Assembly (NCBI GenBank): GCA_016748015.1
Contig: JAAOMT010000752.1
Location: 256,976-320,975, forward strand
DNA length: 64,000 bases
From: Geosiphon pyriformis uo1
Lineage: Eukaryota > Fungi > Glomeromycota
Direction of reading: 5' to 3'
The translations under genes were made by a program, and so were the position numbers. Positions within the stretch are counted from its first letter, which is position 1, and each line of letters opens with the position of its first letter. The notes beneath the pieces were generated by a model. It searched no databases, was not told the DNA's origin, and saw only the letters and a list, made by a program, of their open reading frames with translations. Of the stretch, positions 15,127 to 27,159 are shown piece by piece.

Positions 15127-16833
15127 TTATGCGTCATCTAATATATAATAAATAGGAAAATAACCATTTAAAATATTATAATGTAAATTACATAATTATA
15201 TTTAAACTTTTTTTCAATTTCTTACCTTTAGGGAGAAACACTAATTCTTTTAAAATAGTAATGTAAATTAAATGTATTTTTTTAATCTACTGTATAATAA
15301 TTAAATCAATAAACTAATTATGTCTAAATTAAATAAACTAACCTTCAGAAAAATCAATCATTTGCAAAGTTAAAACACGACTTGTATAAACTGCTCCTTG
15401 ATGAATGCGAGTTGTTGTTGATTGAATTGTTGTCGTTGAGTCATCACTTTCTACCATTTCTTTTAAGTGTTTATCTGATTCTAGAAACTGAAGACTTACA
15501 GTTTTAGACTCTTCATATGAAAACTCCTCATCTATAAACACCTCATCTGTAAACACCTCATCTGTAGGCTTCTCATCTCTAGACTCCTTATGTGTAGACC
15601 CCTCATCTTGAGACTTCTTACTTCTAAACCAGCTATACATCTTCTCAAGTTTCGCCAACATCTTAAAAACTTCGTTGGCAGTAGGACGATTCTCAGGATT
15701 AACATCCCAACATTTTTTGATTATTTCAGCGATACAAAGTGGAATAAGGGGGGAGGTAATCTTAGGTCTTTGACCATTTAAAATAGCCATTATAAGAATA
15801 TGATCATGGTTACAATCATAAAAGGGAGGCTTTCCTGTTGCTAATTCCCATAGTAACATTCCATAACTATAAATATCACCAGCTGTTGTAAACTTTTCTT
15901 CTCTTAAAACTTCTGGTGGAATGTATGGAATCACTCCATATATCTTTTTTTCCTCTGTTGTTGTTGTTGCTTCATTTTTTACTGGTTGACATAATCCGAG
16001 GTCTCCAATATATACCTCGCCATAGTCATATTGTAGAATGTTGCCCGAGTGTAAGTCACAATGAACCATACCAGAAGAATGAATTTGTGAAAGTCCGCCA
16101 GCTATATTACGCGCGAGATTTAATTTATCAGGCCAACTCGTAGAATAAAAATTTATTGATAAAAATTTCCGCATATCTCCAAGTTTAGCAAAGGGCATGA
16201 CAAGTCCATACTCGAGTGTTTCAGCGTTTTGCGTAATTCCATACATTGAAGAGATACAAAATAAGTCTTTACCCTTGTTATTAATAAACATAGTTCTTTG
16301 AATATTTAACTATCAACGACACAGTGTAAATAAATAATAGTTAAATATGAATTTTATATAAATATAAATAATTATAGTTTGCTTACCTCTTTAAACACTT
16401 CTGAACTGTTCGTATTTATAACTTTTATTGCTACTTCCTCTGCTCCCCATCTTCTCCTTTTATATTCCATTGAACCATGTTTTATACTTTCTGGATTAAT
16501 TGATTCATCAACCCATGTTGCTCTATAAATTATACCAAACCCTCCTCTAGCAATTTCGTTGATATTCGACAAACTCTCCCATGGAATCCATTCATAATAA
16601 TTCAAATCACCATAACAGTAAATTTCATTAGGTGGAATATAGATTGGATTCTTAATTATTTCATCAACTTCTTTATTGCCGCTTGAAAAGTCGCGGTAAA
16701 ACTTTTCAAAAAATATGAACTGGCATGCAATACATTCATTCGGTCCATCTCGAATGCTCTCTTGACATTTTTCACACTCATTGCAATCATGAGATTCTGG
16801 ACGAGTTATTCTTTTAATTTCTTTTTTTTCCAT
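15127..16833 (-). CDS. TKL-type (Pkinase_Tyr-like) protein kinase, copy B, intact
   Basis: Exons 16833-16387, 16309-15343, 15246-15226 and 15137-15127. Cys-rich N-terminus, WIPW, IARGGFG, VAIK, HCDLHSGNIL, IGDLGLC, GVIPYIPPE, DIYSYG, CWDVNPENRP and GAVYTSR tail. Confidence 0.9.
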
Positions 16834-19800
16834 GGTATGAATAAGAACGGATAAAATGTAAATAGATTATTATTTGAAGAGGGTTTTTTTGAAAATGTTT
16901 ATTTGATAGTACGTTTAAAAAGTAATTTATTTAAATGCCGAGTTCTTATTTATATTGTTTCTCCGTGTTCACATAATTAAAAATCAATTTATTAATCTTA
17001 AAAAATGGGTCTTTACTATGATTCGCTATAAATCATACTGAACAAATTTAAGTAGCTAAAGTACACAAAGAAATACGCCAAACAAAGTTTCCGCATTGTC
17101 ACATTGTCTTGTTACCCAAATGAGTTGTATGATTTAATCATTGCTCGCATATCTTTATTAATCATTTTGCTTAACTTTACAGATCTGTGACTATATTCTA
17201 TTAATAGGTGAATAGGAACTTGATGACTTTTATGAACTTTAAATCTTTTTTTTTGATTTTAAGATAAAAGTAAAATACTTATTTAAAGTTTCGACTGAAG
17301 CATCAAATATTATTTTATCAAGTAGTGTGAGAGAAGTTATATCGTAAAAATGTCTATTATTAAAGTATAACATCAAAAATATTTTATTTTAAATGATAAA
17401 CTTTTTTAATATTTAGAAAATCTGAAGTAAAAAAACTCAAGTATTTTGCAATTTTAAAATGGTTTTCTTTAGTTGAGAATAAAATTTCTCTAAAAATATT
17501 ATATATAATTAATTGTTTATATAAGTTTTTTTAATATAATTTTTAAATAATAATATTTTAATATCTATTCCTATAAGTATTAATTAATTTTCTTAAACTT
17601 TTTTATGTTTTGATGAAATTTCTAAAAGCTTATTCAAAATACTTAGATTTTTAACAAATTTCAATTGCTCTATAAATCTAAAAGTATTTATAATATTATA
17701 TTCAATTAAAATTTATAAATTAATAGTTTTTTAATTGAAAATAAATTACTTAAAATTTAAATATATATATAAAAACAAATTTGACTTGTGTTGTTAAATT
17801 TTTAAATTGTTTGTAAAGATATGAATGTTATTGACATTTTTAAAAATAGTTTTAGATTTTTCAAGAAATATTTTAAAGATAAAATTATAATATTGCAATA
17901 AATATTACATGAATTGCAATTAATTAAATTTATTTAATTTAAATTATGATTTATATAATAATTAAAATCATACTAATTGCAATCTACTAAGATGTTATCT
18001 TGATAAAAATTAAGCAAAAACTTAAATTTTTTTTTTATAATAATTTGCCTTAAGTTGTATTATTCACAAGCTTAATGAATAAAATTTTTAGAAAAATATT
18101 TAAATACATTAGATTTTTTTTAAATAAATTTACTTTTAATTTATAATAAACTTTTAATTGTGTAGTAACTAAAAATTAAATATAAATTAAGGCTGAAACT
18201 TTAATTAAAATAAATCAAAAAAGTTTGTTATTGTGTATTTTTATGTTAAAATAGTATTTAAATTAATCTTTAATTTATATAATAATTTATAATTAAGCTA
18301 AAATAAAAATGGTTTTCAAAATTATTATATTTAAACCAAAATGATTTTTAGTTAAAATATAATTAATAAACTCGGAAATATAAATATATGATATAAATTT
18401 ATTATGTTTCTAATAAATGAGAATTGTTTAAAATAAATTATATTCATAATTTTTTAATTATACTACTGGTTTTTCTCCTAGTTTGTTTTACTCATATCAA
18501 TTATAATGTTAAATTTTATTTTAGCTGTAATCAACATTTTTCTTTCAATTTTGTATAATAACAACATAATATTTGTTATAATAACCATAGATTAATATTA
18601 AATCGTGTTAGTTAATATAGATAATTCTAACTAATTGTTACCAATTTTAAAAACAAAGCAAATTATATATTAGCATATATTTTTGTTTAATTATTTTTAT
18701 TATTATCTAAACAAAAAAGTTAGACTAATAAGATAAAAATTCATTAAATTCATTTTTACTAATACTATTAATATTATTAAAAGTTAAAAAGTTATTATTA
18801 CCTGGTTGATTAAATAGCTTTTTTTCTTGTTTAATACTATATTTAAACCAAAATTAGATCTTTTTTAATTTGTTTTCTAAACGCTGCTTGGTTTGTTAAA
18901 TTTAAATTAGTTTATAAAAACATATTAAATCGTTTGTATAAAATTTGTCTTTTAAATTTTCTTAAATATTTTTATAATATAGTTTTTTGTAATATTTTAC
19001 TTTGTATTTTTATTAATAATATTAAAAATGCTTTTAGAGTTTTTAGACTAATTATTAAGATTAAATTAAAATCTGTTAGTTTCTAATAATATGTATTTTA
19101 TGCTTGAAAAATTGTGAATATTTTTTTTAGTTTTTAAGCTTTGTTAAAAATACAGTGTTAGAATTTTTTTATTAATAAATTAAAAAAAATTATTTAAGAC
19201 CAAACTAATCAATATTTTTTATGACTATACAATCTATAAAATTAATAATATAATTGTTTAAATATATAATTAAACATGTTTTATTTTAAAGCTACTGGTT
19301 AATCTGTTGTGTCTTTTGTGTTTTTTGATATAATGCTTAATACAAAAAAAATTGCTTCTTTAAATGTTTAAGTTTAAAGCTTGGTTTTAATAATAAAAAA
19401 TATGAATTTTTTTTAAGTTAGCTTATTTGTTTCAAAAGAGATTATTTTGGAAAAAACTTATATGTATTTCTTTAAAAATATTTAAAAAATAGTAAAATAA
19501 TTAAAAATATAAATTAACTATTTCGGTTATATCAATTCTGTAAATTTATTTTAAAGATAATTTTTATTAAATTTTTTTATAAGATAATAAAACTTTTTTT
19601 ATAAATTTTATATAAAAAAAATATATAAGTTAAATGATTTAAGTTTTTTCTATTTATAATAAAAATTTTTATGATGTTTTTTATTATTTAATAAATATAG
19701 TTTTGCTTGTAAAAATTACTTTAAAACAATAAAAATAATAATTTTTTGACATTTAATAACATTAACTAATTTTTTAGTTACGATACATAAAGTTTTTAAC

Positions 19801-22441
19801 ATTAAATATATACAAAAAATATAAATAAAGTAAAATATCTTTAATATGTGTATTTTTATTTTTTTGTATACTTTTTTTTTTATTTAAATTAAAATTTAAT
19901 ATTTGATTTAAATAATTATAAATTTTAATGTATAAATATTGTTTAAAAAGCCAATAGTAAAAATATCATGTTTTCTTGTAAATATTTGGTTATTTAGAGA
20001 TTTAAAATTGAATTAAACATAAATTATGATAAACAATAAGTACAAAATTATTTATAATTTGTTAAATTTTTTTATTTTTGAATAAAATTAATAAATTATT
20101 TATAAATTTTGTTATTTATTAGAAAAACCAAAATTATTTAAAAAAAATATTGAGAAATATTTTATTCAAAAAATTTTTTATTTAATTAATTTAATATGAA
20201 AATTAAGTTGAAAAAAAAACTTTTCAAATTATTTATAAATCTTTTTTAAAAATACGCTTTTTTTTTAAATAATTCAAAAAAGTTATAATTTTATAATAGT
20301 AATTTAAGCTCTTGAAAAAAAAAATTTCTTTTGCAAAAAAACAATTCAATAAAATTAAAAATTCAATTATTTAATTATTTTAATTTTGTTTTAATTTTTA
20401 TTGAAATATTAATTTATTTCGTTATTTCCTGTGATTTAACATATAATTAATATTAATATATTTCGAATATTTACTATGGTTAGCATATATAATTAATTTG
20501 GAATTTGGAATTTTATGACTTTGAAAAAATATTAATTGTTCATTAAGATTATTAATAATAATTATATTAAATATTAAATTCAAAAATTCTACAGAGTTTT
20601 AAAATTATATTTTTAAAAAAAAGTATTCTTTTAAACTAAGATTACTCGAAAAATTTCAGCAAAAAATTTAGAAAATTAAGAATTATATCTATAGTTTTTA
20701 AGAATAAAACAATTCAAAAAATAAAAGAAAAAAATTCTTTTTTAAAAATTTTGGGTTTCTTTCCATTTTCTTTTTTTTAACCGGTAAATAAAAATAATTT
20801 CTTGGGAATCTTGATTAAACGTCATTTTAATTTCAAAGCTTTTTTCTTCACTAAAATTCACCAAATTTTTTATTATATTTAATTATAGAATATAATCATG
20901 AAATTTAGAATAGAAATGACAAATTAAAAATTTTTGGTTTTCTTTATTTGATTCAATAATTTTTTTCTAAAGACTTGGTCAAATGATTGAAAATATAGTT
21001 GAAAATAGAATGATAGATGTAAAATTTGAAAATTTTAAAAAATTCATTCACAAATTATAGAAAGCATATAAATGATAAGATTTTCACTTATAAAGATGAT
21101 TTTTTTTTTATGATTAGCTTTATTTAATGTCTCCTTTTTTCATTCATCATTTTCAAATTGATCTTTTATTTTTATTGCTGCGTTTGGATAGATCTTTGCT
21201 TGACTAATTAAACAATGAGTGTTAATCTATTGAATATTTTTAGAACGCTTGGCGCATGTCGTACAACTAAGAAATGGTTCCAATCTTTTATGGATGTGAT
21301 CAAATGGCGCCATACTTTTTAGTATTTTTCTTGTTGGGGTCAGGTCACACAGGTCTTGCATGAGAGGCAAACGCTTTGACTAAATGCACGATTTTAAACG
21401 TTTTGACTGATAGTCGATCAAAGATCTTATTTTAATTCTATTGCTTGAAAATGAAGAGAGAACAATAAATTTCATAATGTTTTCAAATAAATTTATATTA
21501 ATGTGAACGATATTGAGATATTAAAAAAAAATAAAATAAAATTTTTATTTTTATTTTTATTTTTGTATACCGTTAATGTTATTCTTAATAACAGGGCAAA
21601 ATAAACATTTTATTATTAAAAAAAAAAATTTTCCAAGATATATTGGGTTGGGATGTAGACACAATTAAAATAGGAAAAAAAGACACACCATTTCTTTCAA
21701 ATTTCTTTTTAAATCATCCCGAAGATGAGAGCTCTTTCGTTCAGTTGTATGGTATTCGTAAAAATATTAAAAATAATTTTGAAAAAAAAAAAAAAATTTC
21801 CTGTAATCATATTTTTAATAATAACAAAGATATGAAAATTCTTGGAAAAAAAAAACTTTAAATTGCATGGTTCAAAAGACTTTTGAATTATTTAAAGCCA
21901 AGAAATTTAAGAAATCAAGCCACGACTATTTCGGTTAGGCTGGTATCTAAATTTGGAGTGTGAGGCTAGTGATTAAAAAAAAATTGTTTGTTTTTTAAAA
22001 AAAAATGTGCTTAACCTAAAATCATAAATCTTCATGATCATGAACAAATTTGTGATCATGGTATGCAGCATTATAAATGTGCTTTTATTTATTTTTTCGT
22101 ATATAAAAATATATTTCTATTGTTCACTACTTTTAATATACTTTTGCATTACTGCCCTAAAAACGTTCCAAAAATAATCTTGGTCTAGTAACGTGTAAAA
22201 TATAGTGATGGCTATTTTTAGATCAAGTTCCTGAAATTTTGTTAACGATCTTAATATAGAAATAAAGATGGTTGAATGAAGATGTAACAATGAACATCTT
22301 ATTCCAAGAATAATTTTAGGGGTTATCAACAGGAATTTAAATAACATTTGATGCAAATCATTTTTTTACGCTTAAAAAAAAAAATAAAAAAGTAAATAAA
22401 TAAATAAAAACAAAATGTCAAAATTCAAAATTTTTTTACTA

Positions 22442-22449
22442 TATAAAAA
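22442..22449 (+). promoter_or_regulatory. Possible TATA box of the HMG gene
   Basis: TATAAAAA followed by a GC-richer stretch ~130 bp upstream of ATG 22575; weak evidence in an AT-rich context. Confidence 0.3.
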
Positions 22450-22574
22450 GACCCGGTCGCCAACTTGGACTATTTTCGTTATAAAACATTTGTTCAAAAG
22501 GAAGAATTAATTAAAGATTCAAAAATTTAAAGTTATTTTCCCTTTTTTTCTTTTAAAAAAGTAGGCGAGATATA

Positions 22575-23984
22575 ATGTCAAATAGTCAAAATACTCTCGA
22601 AAAATTTAACTTTAACTACAAGAATTTCGAGGTCGAAAATATTCAACTTCAAAATATTGACATGACAACAATTGAAAATTCTACACCTTTTAGTACTTCA
22701 ATGATCAATTCCAACAATCGGGGCAAAAATTTCACTTTATCACATTTTCCTTTTATTAAAGTTCCTTTCCCAACTGATTTGATAGCTGCCGATTTAGTTG
22801 TCAAAAAAAAAGATAAAATTCCAACCCGACCACCAAATGCTTTTTTTATTTATCGTCGTGAATATGGAAAAGCTTTAAAAAACAATGGTTACAAACTTAA
22901 ACAGCGTGAAATTTCTCCAATGGCTTCTGCCGCTTGGAATCTTGAATCTAAAAGTGTTCAAAATCAATATCGTAAAATTGCGCAGGATGCAGCTGAAATT
23001 CTAGCGGAAATGAGAAGAAAAGCTGTTTCTTACACAGATCGTGATTGGAAAGTTTATATTTTACCAAAAAAAGCTTCTAATATGATTCCAATAACAGTTT
23101 CAGAATCATCTGTTTCTGAAACTCCAAAAATTTTCCAAAAAATAGCATCCAAAAATATCGTTGAAAAAAATAGTCAAACAAAAAAATTTGACATTGAAAA
23201 ATCTACTGAAACGCAAGAAACTTTCTTGAGGAGGAGGATTCCTAGTTCTCCCCCGATAACATCTTTGGAAAATCACGAACAATTGGAATTTTTCCCGCAT
23301 AATTTACTGCAATATTTTACAGTTTCCTCCCCACTTAGCAATGTCTATAGCCCTGATCTACTAGCTCACTTAATGGGATACTCGGAACAAACTACTAATT
23401 CATCGCCTAATTCGGGGTTGGAAGTATTTTCATCTCCACTTTTGAATACTGAGGCTTTCGATCCCACTTTCGCTTCATCTTTAATTACCGCTATGACTGA
23501 ACAATGTACGACACCATCTTATGAACCGTTTTCACAAATACCAGCAGCAGCAGCAGCAGCACCACCACCACCACCACCACCACCACCACCACCACCATCA
23601 TCATCATCATTTTTAATGACTGATCATCAATTACAAAATTTAAATAATTTTCAAACATCTTTCGACCAAACTTTCCAAACAAATCTATTACCTGAAACAT
23701 TTTTCAACGAAATTGAAACTGATCCAGAAAATATTTCGAATTTTACAACAGAACTGAATATGATGTATCCATCAATGGAGCAATTTCAGATTAACATTCC
23801 TTCATATCAATCACCAAATCAAGGAATTTTACAATCAGCTCAGTTAAACGATCATCATCATCATACTAGTCTCATTAACTCACAAAACATTCAATTTGAA
23901 AATCAAGATATTTCTCAAAATGTAGAAAATTATTCCTTAAATTTTAATTACGAAAATTTTTTCGAGTATTCAAACTTGGACTGA
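22575..23984 (+). CDS. MATA-type HMG-box transcription factor, intronless, 469 aa
   Basis: KIPTRPPNAFFIYRREY...QREISPMASAAWNLESKSVQNQYRKIA is a canonical sequence-specific HMG box, preceded by IKVPFP. The C-terminus is S/P/Q/N-rich with polyA-polyP-polyS. Confidence 0.9.
   Translation: MSNSQNTLEKFNFNYKNFEVENIQLQNIDMTTIENSTPFSTSMINSNNRGKNFTLSHFPFIKVPFPTDLIAADLVVKKKDKIPTRPPNAFFIYRREYGKALKNNGYKLKQREISPMASAAWNLESKSVQNQYRKIAQDAAEILAEMRRKAVSYTDRDWKVYILPKKASNMIPITVSESSVSETPKIFQKIASKNIVEKNSQTKKFDIEKSTETQETFLRRRIPSSPPITSLENHEQLEFFPHNLLQYFTVSSPLSNVYSPDLLAHLMGYSEQTTNSSPNSGLEVFSSPLLNTEAFDPTFASSLITAMTEQCTTPSYEPFSQIPAAAAAAPPPPPPPPPPPPSSSSFLMTDHQLQNLNNFQTSFDQTFQTNLLPETFFNEIETDPENISNFTTELNMMYPSMEQFQINIPSYQSPNQGILQSAQLNDHHHHTSLINSQNIQFENQDISQNVENYSLNFNYENFFEYSNLD
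23542..23610 (+). repeat. Coding trinucleotide repeats (GCA)n(CCA)n(TCA)n encoding polyA/polyP/polyS
   Basis: Directly visible inside the HMG ORF. Confidence 0.9.
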
Positions 23985-26254
23985 AAAAATTTTTTTATCA
24001 ATTAAAATTTAGAAACATCCCTTCATTAAAATCTCATTTTCTATTTTGTTTAGCATAAGGTTCAAAAAAAAAGATAAGATTCTTATTAAGTTATTAAAAG
24101 TAAAATTTCCATTATTATGAATTACAGAGTCAAAATAAATATGTATGTATGGTAGTGTGATCGTTTTTTTCTTTCGGTTTGTTCATAAGTGTAAAATAGT
24201 TAGGAGTTGATCTCTTTTCTTTTAAATTCTCAACACATTTAAATTTTTTGTATGATTTTTTGGTCACAATATGTAACACCTTCAAAAAGTGGATTATTAT
24301 GTGTTACTTTTTGTATATACATAAAATATTTATTAATAAAAAAAAAATTTGAAAAATTACCAAATTTAAAAATAAATTAACCACAAATTTAGTAAATTAA
24401 AATTTTCTACCAACTGATATTGACATACAATTATGAGTTACTAATTTGTAAAACATCTGGTTGAAAATAGACCAATATGTTGTATTTCCCTTTTTTTAAT
24501 GGTAATAAAAAAAAATGCGCCAAGAAAAATTTGGAATACTCGAGATTTGTTTGAATGCACAAAAAAAAAAAAAAAGAAACTTTAAACCATTGGTTAATTG
24601 GCTTAATTTGGAATTTTTGTATAGTAATTTTTTGAATTATCTTCTTAAAGTTCCCATATATCAAAATCAAAACAAGTTTATAGGTTTCATGAAAAAATTT
24701 CCTATAATATCTTTCTTTAAGTAAAATTTTAATTTAGAATTTCACCCGATAACAAAAGATAAAGGGAACTGCATCTAAATTCAAAATAGGAAATTTTTTG
24801 ACCAAAGTTGGAAAACAAAAATAACTTTGTTTTTACAAATATAACTCTCAAATTTTGGATTAATCATATGGCTTAATAAAAATCTCTTATTAAAAAAAGA
24901 TTTTGTTTTTCTTCTAGTCCCAAAAGGTCATTTTTCGTGGATTTATTAAAAAATTTTATCGACATATAATGAAGGAGTAAAAAAATTACTCTTCATACTT
25001 TTAATAGAAACTAATTTAGTTGACTCTTCCTATTGATGTGCATTGTCTTACATTTGTATTGATGTAAATTTTTGGTATCTTGTATAAGTTTGGGACAAAT
25101 TAAATTTTAAAATCGATTAGAGATTTAACTTGGTCATTAAAGGGCACAAAAAATATATGCTATAGTTCGAATAGAAAGCTTGGCATCACATGATTCCCTT
25201 TGAAATTTCTTATTTGTATCATGAATTCAAAAACTAAAATTGATAAACAAGGTCAATTTTTATATCGGACAATAAAAGGTCAGGGCACTCTACCATAAGA
25301 TCAAACAATGGCAGAGGTTTTTCAAGGAAATTATGTAAATTACGTTTCACAAGAAATTGTAAATGGTTTAGAGAGATTTTCGTTAAAATAGTGTGCGCTG
25401 ATTGTTTTGAAACTACATTTATTTGCATTTTAGATGATGCAAGCAAGTAATTAATTAAGTAATTAAGTAAATAAGTAAATACGTAAGTAAGTAAGCATTA
25501 TTTTCAAACCTAATTTTTCAAAGCAGAATTAATAATTTTTGTCACCCATTTTTGAAATTGAACCATTAACCATAAAAATAAATTTAGTTTCTAAAGAGTT
25601 TTATTTTGATTGGCTTTCAAATATTTTATTTTCAAAAAAAGATTTTAATGTGTATATTACTTTTTTTGTAAAAAATGAAATAATTCTTGAAATTTTTTTT
25701 CAAAGTTATCAAATTCCTTTGATCGATTCCCATGCCTTTTATTTCCTTAAAATCAGATATTAGCATCTGAAACTTTCTGAAAATATTATTATGCGAGAAA
25801 AAATTAATGAATTCTTTGCAGAAATAAAATCTTATTGAGTTCAAAGACAAATTTTTAAAAAAAAGCGTAAAGAAGGTATTTATCTTGATATTAACATTTA
25901 ATAACGGAATTATTAAGCTTTTGTCTATTTTTAGATTTGTAAAGAACAAACAAATAATCAAGCCGTCAAGTGTATGCAGGTTCAACCAAAGTTATGTAAG
26001 TAGACTTTCTAAGGATTAACACTTTTTTTGTTACCTTGACATTTTCAATGCCAAGTGATTTGATATTGGTGGATTAAACTTTCAGTTTATATTTTTAATT
26101 TTCAACTACATTTTGGTTACAAAGACTTAAACATCACTTTTTTTAAAATTTGTATTAGAGAAGTTTAAATTTAAATGACAAACTTAATTTACATTTAAAA
26201 TTTCTCATTCTGACAAGTTTCAATTAAATGTTCAATATTGATAATTTTAAACCA

Positions 26255-26289
<35 letters not shown>
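26255..26289. repeat. (AAT)n microsatellite (another at ~27015-27043)
   Basis: Directly visible. Confidence 0.85.
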
Positions 26290-26291
<2 letters not shown>

Positions 26292-27010
26292 CAATCTTTA
26301 GTCAATAACAAATAACTCCAAAATGGTAGTTAGAAAGGTTAGGAAATATGGGATAAATTTTGGTCAAAGTAGATTTTTTAAAATAGTTTTCTCCTTTATT
26401 TTTTATATATAAACTCATTTGTATTTTGAATTAAATAGGGATTATAATGTTCAATAAATAAAATCATTGAAAATGGAATCGAAATTGAAATTGACATTGA
26501 AAGCAAGACGGAAAATAATAAGAGTCAATCAGTCTTTTTTTTTTATATCTCCATCATATGGTGTCATTGTAAAGTAAAACACTTTCCAAATTGGAATAAA
26601 ATTCCAATTTCCAAATTATTAAAGATTTACTCATTAAGAAAAACTTATTTTAAGCATATATATACATGAAATTATTCGTCATTATAATTTTATAAAATCT
26701 TGTTGACCATTTCTTAACCAACCATTATAATTTCTTTCCTAAATTTAATTTGATTGATAAATTTCTAATCTGGGAAGTTGTGCATCTTTGTAAGATTAAT
26801 AAGGTCATTGTGATTAAATACTTGACTATTAGACTAAATTTGAACTTATCTTGGTATGAACGTTTAGCGATTTGGAAAAAAAAACCGATCAAATATTGGT
26901 ATGTAGCAAAAAAATTAATACTTGAAATGGAAATGAAATCTTGAGCATTTATGAAAATAGAAAAAAATTGCGAAAATTAATTTATAAATTTGTGACATTG
27001 AGATCGAATC

Positions 27011-27044
<34 letters not shown>

Positions 27045-27123
27045 CATTACATCCAAGCGAATTAGGGTAGGGGTGGGATAAAATTTTTGTATAGAATATT
27101 AAGGTTTACCTTATGAGTAAATC

Positions 27124-27126
<3 letters not shown>

Positions 27127-27154
<28 letters not shown>
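27127..27154. repeat. (TA)n microsatellite (others at ~13440-13463 and ~42767-42793)
   Basis: Directly visible. Confidence 0.85.

Positions 27155-27159
<5 letters not shown>

Larger units (their letters stand above)
9350..17110. repeat. Inverted segmental duplication: arms ~9350-11660 and ~14820-17110, each with a kinase gene, convergent, spacer ~3.1 kb
   Basis: Reverse-complement similarity covers promoter (gtttggcgtatttctttgtgt), exons, 3' introns and 3' flank. For example 11180-11400 is almost identical to the reverse complement of 15030-15250. Confidence 0.9.

Noticed and set aside
10393-16143. Near-identical 75-aa ORFs at 10393-10620 (-) and 15916-16143 (+)
   Set aside because: Antisense shadows of the duplicated kinase exon; their identity only reflects the inverted duplication.
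22575-23984. HMG gene as a mating-type (sexP/sexM) locus
   Set aside because: No flanking tptA, rnhA or homeodomain genes are present, and such HMG genes occur in many copies in this lineage.
27063-27077. G-rich tagggtaggggtggg as G-quadruplex or telomeric repeat
   Set aside because: Only three G tracts and no tandem TTAGGG array.
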